64,000 nucleotides of DNA from Candidatus Kaiserbacteria bacterium (GTDB lineage: Bacteria; Patescibacteriota; Minisyncoccia; Phycocordibacterales; JABMNX01), in contig JACPLB010000003.1 of NCBI GenBank assembly GCA_016186705.1, positions 18,508 through 82,507 of the forward strand, in the 5' to 3' direction. Within the stretch, counting starts at the first letter, position 1. Every line of letters starts with the position of its first letter. The notes under the pieces are model-generated. The model worked only from the letters and a program-made list of their open reading frames with translations, made no database searches and was not told where the DNA came from. Of this stretch, positions 24,555 through 34,960 are shown in pieces. Made by a program: the position numbers and the translations under genes.

Positions 24555-25667
24555 TTATTCCGTTTTCTCAAGAAACGCGAAGACCGCTTCGTTTAAAAGT
24601 TGCGTCTCAAGGTACGCGTGCACGTTTTCCGGCTTTGCGTCTTTGTATTTCTTTAAAATGATATCCATCTGCCGGTGCACTTCGCCATGGTCGGCGGAGA
24701 TTCCTTCTTTTTTCGCGATGTCGTTGAGGATAAGCTGAAGCTTTGCGCGTTTTTCTGCTTGTCCTCTCCATTCGTTGCGCAAATCTTTCTCGGTTTTCTT
24801 CGTGTGCACAAGGTAGTCTTCAAATGTCATGTTCACGCGTAGGACGTCGTCTTTCATTTGCGCGAACATGCGCTCAAGTTCGCTCTCAATGAGAACATCC
24901 GGCAGTTCAGCCGATGTTTTTTCAATGAGCTTCTCCGATATGGCAACGCGCTTTTTCTCGAGCGCCTTATGTTCTTTATTCTTTTTCACGTCTTCACGGA
25001 CGCGTGCCCTGAAATCTTCAACCGTCTTGAAATCGCCAAGCGTTTGCACGAACGCATCTTCAAGTTCCGGCAGACCTTCTTCATTGGAGCTCTTACCTTC
25101 AGGCGGGATTTCGTCCGGAGCTTTTTCACCTCCGGACGGGACTTTTGCTGAAGTCCCAACTTTCTGTGTGTTATCAAATCGCGCTTTTCCTCGGCGCACC
25201 TCGGTGAGCACCTGTTCAATGTCAACGTCGGTAACATGCAGGTCGTCGGGCTCTCTCATTATTTCTCTCGCGATTGTTTTGTAGTCGGGGAGCGAGAACT
25301 CCGGAATAACTGCCGTGCGGATTTTAAAGCCGATGGGGTTTCCGGGAGCGAGTTTTGTAAGCGTTACCCGCGGAGCTCCAATAGCGTCAAGTTTTTTGTC
25401 CCGCACGAGTGCCGGATATGCGTCGGAGAGCACGAGCTCCGCAACTTCATTCATGACGCCGCTCTCCCCGAGCTTCTGAATGAGCACCTTTTCGGAAACG
25501 TGCCCCTTCCGAAAGCCGTCAATGCGCGCATTCGCGCTCAGTTTCTTCAATGCTTTCGTCCGATAGAGAGAAACTGCGGCAAGGGGAATTTCTCCCGCTA
25601 TCTCTATCTCGGAATTCTTCTGTTTCGTGACGGAAATGTTCTCGTAAAGCGTTCCTGTTTCTTTCAT
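24555..25667 (-). CDS. tig: trigger factor
   Basis: The order is ribosome-binding N-terminal domain, PPIase-like middle domain and C-terminal arm. The start MKETG is preceded by a GGGGAG SD. Confidence 0.8.
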   Translation of the reverse strand: MKETGTLYENISVTKQKNSEIEIAGEIPLAAVSLYRTKALKKLSANARIDGFRKGHVSEKVLIQKLGESGVMNEVAELVLSDAYPALVRDKKLDAIGAPRVTLTKLAPGNPIGFKIRTAVIPEFSLPDYKTIAREIMREPDDLHVTDVDIEQVLTEVRRGKARFDNTQKVGTSAKVPSGGEKAPDEIPPEGKSSNEEGLPELEDAFVQTLGDFKTVEDFRARVREDVKKNKEHKALEKKRVAISEKLIEKTSAELPDVLIESELERMFAQMKDDVLRVNMTFEDYLVHTKKTEKDLRNEWRGQAEKRAKLQLILNDIAKKEGISADHGEVHRQMDIILKKYKDAKPENVHAYLETQLLNEAVFAFLEKTE

Positions 25668-25807
25668 AGTCTCCCCGGTAGTAGATTTTGACGATACTCG
25701 TGTAACGAGCGTGTATAGCACTTCGTCAAAATCTACTACCGGGTCCGCCCAGTCTAGCTTTTAGAGCCCAATGTGTCAAAAAATTTTCATCTTAAAACAT
25801 AAAAAAA

Positions 25808-25850
25808 CACCACCACACCGAGAGAAGCGAGACGCTTCTCAAGGTGGGTG
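25808..25850 (-). terminator. intrinsic terminator for minus-strand gene 25872-26126
   Basis: The extended hairpin ccaccacaccgagagaagcg-aga-cgcttctc..ggtgggtgg is followed by a T-tract on the minus strand. Confidence 0.55.
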
Positions 25851-25871
25851 GGTAAAATAGTGCCTAACGAT

Positions 25872-26126
25872 TTAGGTCTGTAATACTGCTTGGTACTCCG
25901 AGGTGGTATAGAGTTGCCCAAGTTTATGGCAGTTCTTTTTCCCCAGAATTTTCGCGACCACGCCAGCGCTGACCAAGCCTTTACCAGTTGTTCTTGCAAT
26001 TTCTCCCTCAATGAAACCATCGGTGTTGGTTTGGTACTCCTCAATGCACTTGAGAGCTTTTTCAGCGTCGGGAATGATATCACGATGATCCGCAACAAAT
26101 TTGCGTACGTGTGCAATTCTGAACAT
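25872..26126 (-). CDS. hypothetical small protein (84 aa)
   Basis: It has the most protein-like composition of three overlapping frames and is bracketed by the promoter region and terminator 25808-25850. I recognise no family. Confidence 0.4.
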   Translation of the reverse strand: MFRIAHVRKFVADHRDIIPDAEKALKCIEEYQTNTDGFIEGEIARTTGKGLVSAGVVAKILGKKNCHKLGQLYTTSEYQAVLQT

Positions 26127-26182
26127 GTTCTCTCTCCATACTTTTCAACCATCGTTGAACTAATTGAGCATTATATCATACA

Positions 26183-26212
26183 AAAAACGCCACAGGCACC
26201 TGTGGCGTTTTT
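26183..26212. terminator. bidirectional intrinsic terminator, second copy of the 2045-2076 element in inverted orientation
   Basis: The sequence is aaaaaacgccacaggcacctgtggcgttttt. Confidence 0.75.
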
Positions 26213-26234
26213 GATGTGAGAAATTTTCCCTGTT

Positions 26235-26585
26235 TTAAAGTTCGTTTAAAAGCTGGTCGAGTTCCGTATCCAAGCTTTCAAGGTCAGTGCTGTTGACATC
26301 TTCTTCGATTGCTCCGATTTCGTCGGACGTTCCCTGCGATTGCAACTGGTTTACGATTGTGTCAGTCTCTTCATCCGACTGTATCGTCGGCAGGAGATCA
26401 TTTCCCTGCAGTTCATCCACTTTCGTATTGAAAAAGTACAATCCTCCGACAAGCAGGACGACAATGATGATAATAATGCCGACAAGTGGCCCAAAGGATT
26501 TCACGCTCGACGGGTCCTCTCCGAGGGTGTTCGGAGTATCTTCTCTCGGCATGTCGTTGTTATTTATTTTTTCATCCATTGCCAT
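26235..26585 (-). CDS. hypothetical single-TM protein with an acidic C-terminal tail
   Basis: The TM helix is PLVGIIIIIVVLLVGGLYFF and the remainder is rich in D/E. Confidence 0.5.
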   Translation of the reverse strand: MAMDEKINNNDMPREDTPNTLGEDPSSVKSFGPLVGIIIIIVVLLVGGLYFFNTKVDELQGNDLLPTIQSDEETDTIVNQLQSQGTSDEIGAIEEDVNSTDLESLDTELDQLLNEL

Positions 26586-26596
26586 AGTATAAAGGG

Positions 26597-27250
26597 TTAA
26601 TTCTCCGTACCGTCATTCTCTTGTGCTTCTCGTTCGTTCTGTTCGAGACCTGCCTTCATTGTACGTATCACCTCGACGAGCGCTTGATGTGCATCTCTCA
26701 ATTTTTCTTTCGCGTGCGCCAATGTTGAAGCCATTTTGCCGAACGCGTCTCGTGAAATATCGCCGGCGAGCGCTTCTTTCGCTTCAGACAAAGCCGTTTT
26801 CAGGCTCTCTCCCGCCTCGGTAATATGCACGCGCGCAGTCTCAAGAAGTTCCCTTGCTTTCGCCATATCAACCCCGCGCGCTTCAAGCTTGTTAATCCGC
26901 GATTCAATGCGGTCGCTTAATTTGTCGAGGCGCTCGACTGCGGCGGTCATCTTTCGCGAGATACGTTCAAGGTACGAATCAATACGCTCTATCCGTTTAT
27001 CCCTCGCCTCATCGGCCCGCTTCTGCGATGCAACTTCGGTGTCTCTTCCTCTCTCCTCGCGGGCACGCAGCTTTTCGCTCTCTTCTCGATTTTTCAAAAG
27101 CACGTCGCGTGCTTTGTCGATAAATGTTTCCGGTCGCACCGTTTTCGGTTCCGCTTCACCTTGCACATTTCTGACTTCCGTCTCGGTCTGCGCGAGCGCA
27201 AAAGAAAGACTTAAAAGAAAAATAATACACGCGGCAAGAATGCCCTTCAT
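26597..27250 (-). CDS. hypothetical secreted coiled-coil protein
   Basis: A signal-like N-terminus (MKGILAACIIFLLSLSFALA) is followed by long heptad-rich helices with an R/E/K bias. Confidence 0.5.
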   Translation of the reverse strand: MKGILAACIIFLLSLSFALAQTETEVRNVQGEAEPKTVRPETFIDKARDVLLKNREESEKLRAREERGRDTEVASQKRADEARDKRIERIDSYLERISRKMTAAVERLDKLSDRIESRINKLEARGVDMAKARELLETARVHITEAGESLKTALSEAKEALAGDISRDAFGKMASTLAHAKEKLRDAHQALVEVIRTMKAGLEQNEREAQENDGTEN

Positions 27251-27324
27251 GATTATTGTATAATGTACGGCTCGTGTGTGTTTCATGGCGTTCTTATCGA
27301 AAAGGATAATACCTTTAGTATAAC

Positions 27325-27358
27325 AAAGGAGGCGTTCTTAGAAGAACGCCTCCTTTGT
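27325..27358. terminator. perfect 34-bp palindromic hairpin (bidirectional terminator)
   Basis: The sequence is caaaggaggcgttcttagaagaacgcctcctttg. Confidence 0.7.
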
Positions 27359-27383
27359 TGATAACAATCCGAATCGGTACCGC

Positions 27384-27917
27384 CTACTTTTTGCCGAACT
27401 TCTGCGTATAGAGCTTGAGGCCTTCCATAATCGCCTCTTTTGCCGCTGTGACGTCGTCAAATCCTGTGACATCCACCTCTTTGTTCTGTATTTTTTTGTA
27501 CGTCGAATAGAAATGCTCTATTTCTTTGAGCGTGTGCTTGTTGATGTCTGTGAGATTTTTCACCTCGTCCCATCGAGGGTCTTCCGCGGGTACCGCGATG
27601 ATTTTATCGTCAACGTCTCCCGAATCAATCATGCGCATAATCGCAACCGGACGGGCGGAGACGAGTATACCGGGCATAAGGGGGTAGGTGGTTAAGAGTA
27701 TGACATCAAGCGGGTCGTTGTCGTGCCAGTACGATTGCGGCACGAAACCGTAATCAAAGGGGAAATCCTGCGCGGTGTGCGCCACGCGGTCAAGCGCGAT
27801 AAGTCCCGTCTCTTTGTCGATTTCGTACTTGTTCTTCGAGCCCTTGTGTATTTCGATAATGACGTTCACTTTCTCGGGTGTCTTGTCTCCGGATGTGACG
27901 TCGTGCCACAGATTCAT
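27384..27917 (-). CDS. ppa: inorganic pyrophosphatase (family I)
   Basis: The motifs are NVIIEIHKGSKNKYEID, DYGFVPQSYWHDNDPLDVIL and DSGDVDDKIIAV. The internal Met start MNLWHDV is used. Confidence 0.9.
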   Translation of the reverse strand: MNLWHDVTSGDKTPEKVNVIIEIHKGSKNKYEIDKETGLIALDRVAHTAQDFPFDYGFVPQSYWHDNDPLDVILLTTYPLMPGILVSARPVAIMRMIDSGDVDDKIIAVPAEDPRWDEVKNLTDINKHTLKEIEHFYSTYKKIQNKEVDVTGFDDVTAAKEAIMEGLKLYTQKFGKK

Positions 27918-28038
27918 TGTATTGAAAAGTAGATTCTTCTTCTCTACCTTATTACAGCGCGTGTAATGCCGACCGCACCATACATCATAGCACACTCTCT
28001 ATTCGGGGGAGACGTGCGGGCGCGGCCCTGCGAGTGCC

Positions 28039-29382
28039 TTATTTTTCTCCTTCCTTATCCTCTTCTTTGTTTTCCGTTTCTTCTTTTTCCTCCGCTTTCA
28101 GCTCCTCACTCTCTTTCCCGCCTTCAGACGGAACTTCTGTCTCAACTTTTTTTACAGCAGTTTCTTCTCCGGCAATTTCTTCTGCCGCCGCGCTCTTCAC
28201 TTGAGGGTCTCCTTTATTGATGACAGTGCGAGATGCGTCTGCCTCTGCGATGCTTTCCCCTTGTATCGAGCGAATGTCGATTCTCCAGCCTGTTAGTTTT
28301 GCGGCAAGCCGAACGTTCTGCCCGCCCTTTCCGATTGCGAGGGACTGCTGGTCTTCAATGACTTCGACCACCGCCTGCTTGTCGGCTTCTTTTATATTAA
28401 CGTTGATGACTTTCGCGGGAGAGAGTGCTTCCTCGATGAATTCTTTCGGGTCTTCAGACCACTCCACGATGTCGATTTTCTCCCCGCCGAGCTCTCCCAT
28501 GACGACGGAAACGCGCACCCCGCGCTGTCCGACAAGGGAACCAACCGGGTCAATGTGCTCGTCGTGGGAGACGACCGCGATTTTAGAGCGCGAGCCCGCT
28601 TCCCGAGCAATCACTTTTATCTCCACGGCGCCCGAGGCAAGTTCAGGCACTTCCATTTCAAAAAGTTTCTTGAGGAAATCGGGGTTGGAGCGAGAGAGTC
28701 GCAAAAACGTGCCCCGCGGACTCTCTTCCACTGAATAGAGGTATGCCCGGAGACGTTCGCCTTGGCGGTAGCGTTCGCCGGGGATTTGCTCATCGTACGG
28801 GAGAATGCCGGTCGCGCGTCCGAGGTCGATGAACATATTGCCCCGCTCGATTCTCTGCACCGTACCGGTGACGATTTCGCCCTCGCGTTTTCCATACTCC
28901 TGGAGAATCGATACTTTTTCCGCCTCGCGGATTTTCTGGACAATCACTTGTTTCGCCGTTTGCGCCGCGATGCGTCCGAAGTCTCCCTTTGCCTCAAGCG
29001 GGAAGGTAATTTCAGTATCAAGCTCGGCGCCCTTTTTAATGCGCTTCGCATCTTCAATCATAATGTGGTGCTCCGGATTGAATCGCGAGCGGGTATCGCT
29101 CGCTGTTTCTTCCATATCCGAAGAGGTTTTCTCTGTTTTCTCTCCATTCTCATCCTCAATGCGCACCAGCGTGTCATCAACGACGATTTTTACCTGATAA
29201 AATTCAACGGCGCCAGTCGCCAAATCGAATTTCGCGCGAATAATCTGTCCGCGTTTCCCATACTCTTTCTTATATGCCGTGGCAAGAGCGGTTTCAATCG
29301 CGTCAATAATCTTCTCGCGGGGAATTCCGCGCTCTTCCTCAAGCTGTTCAAGCACCGAATTGATTACTTTTAAGTCAAACAT
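28039..29382 (-). CDS. nusA: transcription termination/antitermination factor NusA with an acidic C-terminal extension
   Basis: The N-terminal domain, S1 domain and two KH domains (TAKQVIVQKIREAEK) are present. Confidence 0.9.
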   Translation of the reverse strand: MFDLKVINSVLEQLEEERGIPREKIIDAIETALATAYKKEYGKRGQIIRAKFDLATGAVEFYQVKIVVDDTLVRIEDENGEKTEKTSSDMEETASDTRSRFNPEHHIMIEDAKRIKKGAELDTEITFPLEAKGDFGRIAAQTAKQVIVQKIREAEKVSILQEYGKREGEIVTGTVQRIERGNMFIDLGRATGILPYDEQIPGERYRQGERLRAYLYSVEESPRGTFLRLSRSNPDFLKKLFEMEVPELASGAVEIKVIAREAGSRSKIAVVSHDEHIDPVGSLVGQRGVRVSVVMGELGGEKIDIVEWSEDPKEFIEEALSPAKVINVNIKEADKQAVVEVIEDQQSLAIGKGGQNVRLAAKLTGWRIDIRSIQGESIAEADASRTVINKGDPQVKSAAAEEIAGEETAVKKVETEVPSEGGKESEELKAEEKEETENKEEDKEGEK

Positions 29383-29600
29383 GGTTAGATTTTATTAACG
29401 AATGTGTGAGTGTATGAAATCTCTGCTGTGTTTTGTTAATTTTCTAAAAAAAAGTGCCCGTTTCGTGACGGACATCTGCACATAGAAGCGTATCATAGCG
29501 GACAGCTGCAGTCAACACTCTTCGTTCTTGCAGTATACAAGCATTTTATCATTCATATCTCACGGGGTATACTTGAAAGTACACATAGCTCTCTCTCAAT

Positions 29601-31346
29601 ATGTACATAAATGAAAAACAACTGAAGGAGTTTGTGCTTGATTCCGGACTTGTTTCGAAGGCGGCATTTGAACGAGCGGAGGGAGTGGCGGCACTCGGCA
29701 AGCAGACCACGGGAGACGCCCTGGTGAGCAACGGGGATATGACGGAAGACGACCTGCGCCGCGCCCACGCGCACATCCTCGGCATTCCGTTTGTAAATCT
29801 TGAGGATAAGAAAATTGATACCGACGTTCTTTCGCTTATTCCGGAGCCGATTGCCCGAAACCACAATATTATCGCGTACAAAAAAGAAGGAGAGAGTCTT
29901 GAAGTAGCGATGCTCAACACGGACGATTTGGCGGCAATTGATTTCGTGAAAAAGAAGGTGCGTCTGAAGATTCTGCCGCGCTTGACCGACGTCGCGTCGG
30001 TTAAATTTGCGCTCAAGCAGTACCAAAAAAGCCTGAAAGACGAGTTTGGCGGAATCATCCAACGCGAAACGGCGTCGCTTCAGGGATTGCCGGAGACCGG
30101 CGATATTACAGAAAAAGACCTCAAGCGCCTCGCGGAGGATTTGCCCGTAGTGCGCATCGTTGACTCGCTCCTGCGTCACGCAATCAATCAAAACGCATCC
30201 GATATTCACATTGAACCGATGGACACACAGGTGCTGATTCGCTACCGCATCGACGGTATTTTGCACGACGCGATGACGCTTCCAAAAAGCGCCGGTCCGT
30301 CAATTACCGCGCGCATTAAAGTGCTCTCAAATTTAAAACTTGATGAAAAACGGCTGCCTCAGGACGGACGCTTCAAAATGGAATCCGGCAGTGAACGCGT
30401 CTCGTTCCGCGTATCCATACTCCCGATATATTTCGGCGAAAAAACAGTCATGCGGCTCCTTCGGGAGGACATCTCCGGATTTACGCTCGAGGGACTCGGT
30501 TTCCACGGCGCGGGGCTTGAGCGCATTCACGAAGCGACGCGGCACAAAACCGGAATGCTCCTCACCACCGGTCCGACCGGCTCCGGAAAAACGACGACGC
30601 TCTATACCATTCTCGATATCCTCAATACGACCGACGTCAATATTTCAACGATTGAAGACCCGATTGAATATCAAATGCCGCGCGTCAACCAAACGCAGGT
30701 CAAGCCCGACATCGGATTTACCTTTGCGACAGGGTTGCGCACGCTCGTGCGGCAGGACCCGGACATTATCATGGTGGGCGAAATTCGCGACAACGAAACG
30801 GCGTCCCTTGCCATTAACGCGTCATTGACCGGACACCTCGTTCTCTCGACGCTCCACACGAACTCCGCCGCCGGTGCGATTCCGCGCCTCATAGACATGA
30901 ATGCAGAGCCGTTCCTTCTCGTCTCAACGCTCGACGTTATTATCGGACAGAGATTGGTGCGGAAGCTTTGCGACGTCAAAGAAAAATACACGCTCACACC
31001 GCCCGAAATTAAAAAACTCGGCAACACGGTTGACCTTGACAATGTGCTGCGGGCGCTCAAGGCGGAAAAAATAGTCGGGGAGAAGGCAGTGTGGGAAAAT
31101 ATTCCTTTCTATAAGGAAAAGCCGTCCCCTGCGTGTGAGGACGGTTTTAGCGGTCGGTTGGGGATTCATGAAATTCTCTATGTTTCAAGCGCCATCAAGA
31201 ATTTGATTATGAAAGGAGCGACATCGGAAGAAATTGAGGGACAGGCAAAAAAGGAGGGGATGATGACAATGATTGAAGACGGCATCTTCAAGGCGGTAGA
31301 GGGAATCACAACGATAGAAGAAGTCTTGCGCGTCGTGTCGGAGTAA
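29601..31346 (+). CDS. pilB: type IV pilus/type II secretion assembly ATPase (PilB/GspE family)
   Basis: The Walker A is LTTGPTGSGKTTT, the Asp box and His box follow (...VLSTLHTNSAAGAIPRL), and a tetracysteine-like region is present. Confidence 0.9.
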   Translation: MYINEKQLKEFVLDSGLVSKAAFERAEGVAALGKQTTGDALVSNGDMTEDDLRRAHAHILGIPFVNLEDKKIDTDVLSLIPEPIARNHNIIAYKKEGESLEVAMLNTDDLAAIDFVKKKVRLKILPRLTDVASVKFALKQYQKSLKDEFGGIIQRETASLQGLPETGDITEKDLKRLAEDLPVVRIVDSLLRHAINQNASDIHIEPMDTQVLIRYRIDGILHDAMTLPKSAGPSITARIKVLSNLKLDEKRLPQDGRFKMESGSERVSFRVSILPIYFGEKTVMRLLREDISGFTLEGLGFHGAGLERIHEATRHKTGMLLTTGPTGSGKTTTLYTILDILNTTDVNISTIEDPIEYQMPRVNQTQVKPDIGFTFATGLRTLVRQDPDIIMVGEIRDNETASLAINASLTGHLVLSTLHTNSAAGAIPRLIDMNAEPFLLVSTLDVIIGQRLVRKLCDVKEKYTLTPPEIKKLGNTVDLDNVLRALKAEKIVGEKAVWENIPFYKEKPSPACEDGFSGRLGIHEILYVSSAIKNLIMKGATSEEIEGQAKKEGMMTMIEDGIFKAVEGITTIEEVLRVVSE

Positions 31347-31355
31347 TTATTTACC

Positions 31356-32570
31356 ATGGCCCACTATCGCTACAAGGCGAGAAACAAAGACGGGGAAACG
31401 TACGAAGGAGCCGCCGAGGTTCCGGACAAGTTCGCACTCTATACGCACATCAGGGAAGAAGGAGGCGAGGTCATTGAGGTGAAGGAGTCGGGGGCGCGGA
31501 GCTTCTCACTCACGCGGCTCAATGAGCTTTTCGGAACGGTCAAGGATTATGAAAAGGTCGTCTTCACCCGCAATTTGGGAGCAATGATTGAAGCTGGTCT
31601 CTCGCTCTCCAGGGCGCTTTCGGTTCTTGAGCGGCAAACGAAAAACCCGAAACTCAAAATGGTGCTCGCCGGGCTCAATAATGACATCAAGAAAGGAGAA
31701 AATTTTCACACGGCGCTGAAGCAGTACCCGAAGGTTTTTTCTCCGCTTTTTTCGTCGATGGTGCACGCCGGCGAGGAGAGCGGCAAGCTGTCGGACTCTC
31801 TCAAAATTGTCGGCGCCCAGCTTGAGCGTTCGTATACGCTGAAGAAAAAAATTCACGGGGCGCTTATCTACCCGTCCATTATCGTCGTTGCGATGATTAT
31901 CATCGGCATTCTCATGCTCATCTACGTTGTCCCGACTCTCACGCAGACATTTGAAGAGCTTGGCGCAGAACTCCCGAGGAGCACGCAGAGCATCATCGTG
32001 GCGAGCCGGTTTCTTACCGAGAACACGATTGTCGCGCTTCTCATTCCGCTTGTGCTCGCGCTCCTTCTCTACCTCGGCTTCCGCACCGAGAGGGTAAAAC
32101 GCATGTGGCATTACGCCGTGCTCCGCGTTCCCATTATCGGCGGGCTTATCAAGGAAGTGCAGTCCGCACGCACCACACGGACGCTTTCCTCGCTCCTCTC
32201 GTCGGGTGTGGAAATCGTAACGGCGCTCTCCATTACGAGAGATGTTGTGCAAAATTCCTACTATCGCGATGTCTTAAAGCGCGCAGAGAATGATGTGCAG
32301 AAAGGAACGCCGCTCTCCGGCTCTTTTACAGAAAACGAACATCTCTACCCCATTCTTGTCGGGGAAATGATTTCAGTCGGCGAAGAGACGGGGAAACTTC
32401 CAGACATGCTTTTGCGCGTCGCCGAGTTTTACGAGGGAGAGGTGGAGCAAAAAACAAAAGACATGTCGACGATTATTGAGCCATTTCTCATGGTTTTCAT
32501 CGGCATTGTCGTCGGTTTTTTCGCGCTCTCCATGATCGCTCCAATCTACTCGCTCTCGGAGAGCATTTAA
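31356..32570 (+). CDS. pilC: type IV pilus platform protein (PilC/GspF family)
   Basis: Two T2SSF repeats are present, each followed by TM segments. Confidence 0.9.
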   Translation: MAHYRYKARNKDGETYEGAAEVPDKFALYTHIREEGGEVIEVKESGARSFSLTRLNELFGTVKDYEKVVFTRNLGAMIEAGLSLSRALSVLERQTKNPKLKMVLAGLNNDIKKGENFHTALKQYPKVFSPLFSSMVHAGEESGKLSDSLKIVGAQLERSYTLKKKIHGALIYPSIIVVAMIIIGILMLIYVVPTLTQTFEELGAELPRSTQSIIVASRFLTENTIVALLIPLVLALLLYLGFRTERVKRMWHYAVLRVPIIGGLIKEVQSARTTRTLSSLLSSGVEIVTALSITRDVVQNSYYRDVLKRAENDVQKGTPLSGSFTENEHLYPILVGEMISVGEETGKLPDMLLRVAEFYEGEVEQKTKDMSTIIEPFLMVFIGIVVGFFALSMIAPIYSLSESI

Positions 32571-32583
32571 TCTCACGCACCCG

Positions 32584-34338
32584 ATGTCCACATTGTTTAT
32601 TCGCGCACACAGCCACAAAGGAGCAAGTTTGTTGGATGCCATTTTCGGCACGGCGCTTTTTTTGGTCGTCTTTCTCGGCATATTCGGCGCGTTTCAGCTC
32701 TCTCTTCAGCTTGTGAAGAGTACAGCGCTCAAGACCGGGGCGCTTGCGCTTGCGAATGAACGTCTCGAATACATCCGTTCACTGCCGTATAACGATATCG
32801 GAGTCGTTGGCGGCATTCCGCAGGGAGAACTTGAGATGGAGGAGGCGGTTGTCCTCAATAATACAAGCTACACGCGCCGCACCTTCGTGCAGTATATCGA
32901 TGACCCCGCGGACGGCTCCGGAGGGAATGATGAGAACGGCGTTACCGCGGACTATAAAACAGCAAAGGTGACGATGTCCTGGCCGTTTCGCGAATCAACC
33001 CGCTCGCTTTCGCTCGTAACGAACATCATACCTTCGGGCATTGAGTCGATTGAGGGGGGTGGCACGCTTCGGATTTCCGTACCCAATGCCGTCGGAGCGC
33101 CTATCCCGAGTGCTTCCGTCTATATTGAGAACACCACCGTGAGTCCCGCCATCGGATTCTCAACGTTTACGAATACGTCGGGGCTTGCAGTGTTTCCGGG
33201 AGCGCCCTCGGGAAGCAGATATGAAATAACAGTGACAAAGACTGGCTACAGCAGTACGCAGACGTATGACAGTACGGCGCAAAATATAGAACCAAATCCC
33301 GGACATCTCACGGTGAGCGAAAGTCAGACAACAACGGGAACATTTGCGATAGATATACTTGGCCAGGCGACCGTCAGAAGCTTTGAGGTCATTAAGCCGG
33401 TCATATGGGAGGACCTTTTCCCCGATACATCGCAGATTGCGTCGCTCCAAAGCACCGAACTATCCGGAGGCGCGATTGCTCTTCAGGATTCAGAATCCGG
33501 GTACCCTTCATCGGGAAGCGTGTGGTCAGCAACTCAAAGCCCTCAATATCTTGCCGAATGGACGGCGCTTTCGTGGAATGACACAACACCCGCCGGAACA
33601 AACATTCGTTACTCGCTCTATTATGGAGGCGGTATACTCGTTCCCGACTCTGATCTTGGAGGGAATGAGAGCGGTTTTACCAACTCGCCAATTGACCTCT
33701 CCGGACTCAATGTCGGTACGTACGATAACTTATATATCGCGGGTGCGTTAACTTCATCGGACGCCTCATCGACCCCATCCATTCTCGATTGGCGACTCGA
33801 TTATAAAGTCGGTCCTACTCCGCTTCCGAACATTGCATTCTCGCTTACCGGTGCAAAGACAATCGGCACCGATGCGGGGAGCAATCCGATATATAAGTAC
33901 GATACGCTCCTAAATACCGGCGCAAACACGCAGATTACCATCGGAGCTCTTGAATGGGATAATTATACGCTCGCTGTTGACGATGCCGTAACGGGCTATG
34001 ATACGGCGGAGACCTGTCCGCTCTCGCCGTTTGCGCTTCTTCCTGACGAAGACAAGGTTGTTGACGTCCTGCTTGCCGAGAATACAACCAATAGTCTTCA
34101 TGTTGCGGTCAAAAATACGTCCGGCACCCTGCTTTCTGACGCAACCGTCCGGCTCTATGGAGGTTCGTACGACACGACGCAAGAAACAAGCGCGTGCGGT
34201 CAAACTTTTTTTAACAACAGCCTTTCATCGGGGACATACGCTGCCGACGTCTCTCTTTCGGGATATCAGTCTACGACGATTTCGAACATAACCGTCAGCG
34301 GAGACTCGGATCTTGTCGTCACGTTAAACGTCCTATAA
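32584..34338 (+). CDS. large pseudopilin/minor pilin-like protein (PilV-like class III signal) with Ig/CarboxypepD_reg-like repeats
   Basis: The N-terminus KGASLLDAIFGTALFLVVFLGIFGAF resembles the GFxLxE prepilin motif. Repeated SVYIENTTVS...YEITVTKTGYSS beta-sandwich-like modules follow. Confidence 0.65.
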   Translation: MSTLFIRAHSHKGASLLDAIFGTALFLVVFLGIFGAFQLSLQLVKSTALKTGALALANERLEYIRSLPYNDIGVVGGIPQGELEMEEAVVLNNTSYTRRTFVQYIDDPADGSGGNDENGVTADYKTAKVTMSWPFRESTRSLSLVTNIIPSGIESIEGGGTLRISVPNAVGAPIPSASVYIENTTVSPAIGFSTFTNTSGLAVFPGAPSGSRYEITVTKTGYSSTQTYDSTAQNIEPNPGHLTVSESQTTTGTFAIDILGQATVRSFEVIKPVIWEDLFPDTSQIASLQSTELSGGAIALQDSESGYPSSGSVWSATQSPQYLAEWTALSWNDTTPAGTNIRYSLYYGGGILVPDSDLGGNESGFTNSPIDLSGLNVGTYDNLYIAGALTSSDASSTPSILDWRLDYKVGPTPLPNIAFSLTGAKTIGTDAGSNPIYKYDTLLNTGANTQITIGALEWDNYTLAVDDAVTGYDTAETCPLSPFALLPDEDKVVDVLLAENTTNSLHVAVKNTSGTLLSDATVRLYGGSYDTTQETSACGQTFFNNSLSSGTYAADVSLSGYQSTTISNITVSGDSDLVVTLNVL

Positions 34339-34347
34339 TACTCTGAT

Positions 34348-34953
34348 ATGCGGCATCCTCATACCATCAAAGGGTTTACCCTCATAGAAACGGTTGTCGC
34401 GCTGAGCGTGTTCACCGTAATACTCGGGAGCTTTGTCGGGTCAATCAGCTTTTTCTATCGCTCGAATGCGCATGCGCTTGAGCAGGCGTTCGCGGTCAAC
34501 AGCGCGCGCAAGGGGATTGAGCAGATGATGAAAGACGTGAGAAAAGCCGCGTATTCGGACGAGGGGTCGTATCCGGTTATTGCGATTGCAGATGACGCGT
34601 TTAGTTTCTACAGTAATGTTGATACCGATAGTTATGTAGAAAAAGTGCGATATTTTCTTGACGACACAAACTTAAAGAAAGGAATCGTAAACTCTTCCGG
34701 CTCTCCGCTTATCTATGACGACGGCACGGAAGAGGTCTTCATTCTCTCCGATAATGTCCGGAACGATGCGCAGTCGGTCGTCCTTTTTTCATACTACAAC
34801 GCATCCGGGACGCCGGTCACAAATACGGCAAGCACAACTGACGTCATATTTGTCACCGCTGACATTATTGTCAACGTCAATCCGCTGAATGTCGTCAATG
34901 ATTTCCGCTTGCGCTCAAGCGCGACAATGCGGAATATCAGAGAAGCGTTGTAA
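34348..34953 (+). CDS. type IV pilin-like/pseudopilin protein
   Basis: The N-terminus is the canonical prepilin signal KGFTLIETVVALSVFTVILG. Confidence 0.85.
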   Translation: MRHPHTIKGFTLIETVVALSVFTVILGSFVGSISFFYRSNAHALEQAFAVNSARKGIEQMMKDVRKAAYSDEGSYPVIAIADDAFSFYSNVDTDSYVEKVRYFLDDTNLKKGIVNSSGSPLIYDDGTEEVFILSDNVRNDAQSVVLFSYYNASGTPVTNTASTTDVIFVTADIIVNVNPLNVVNDFRLRSSATMRNIREAL

Positions 34954-34960
34954 TTATTAT

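Noticed and set aside
25787-26219. Alternative frames 25787-26152 (minus strand, 121 aa) and 25890-26219 (plus strand, 109 aa) overlapping ORF 25872-26126.
   Set aside because: Their composition is poorer and neither is matched to the flanking terminators. I kept the 84-aa minus-strand frame, at low confidence.
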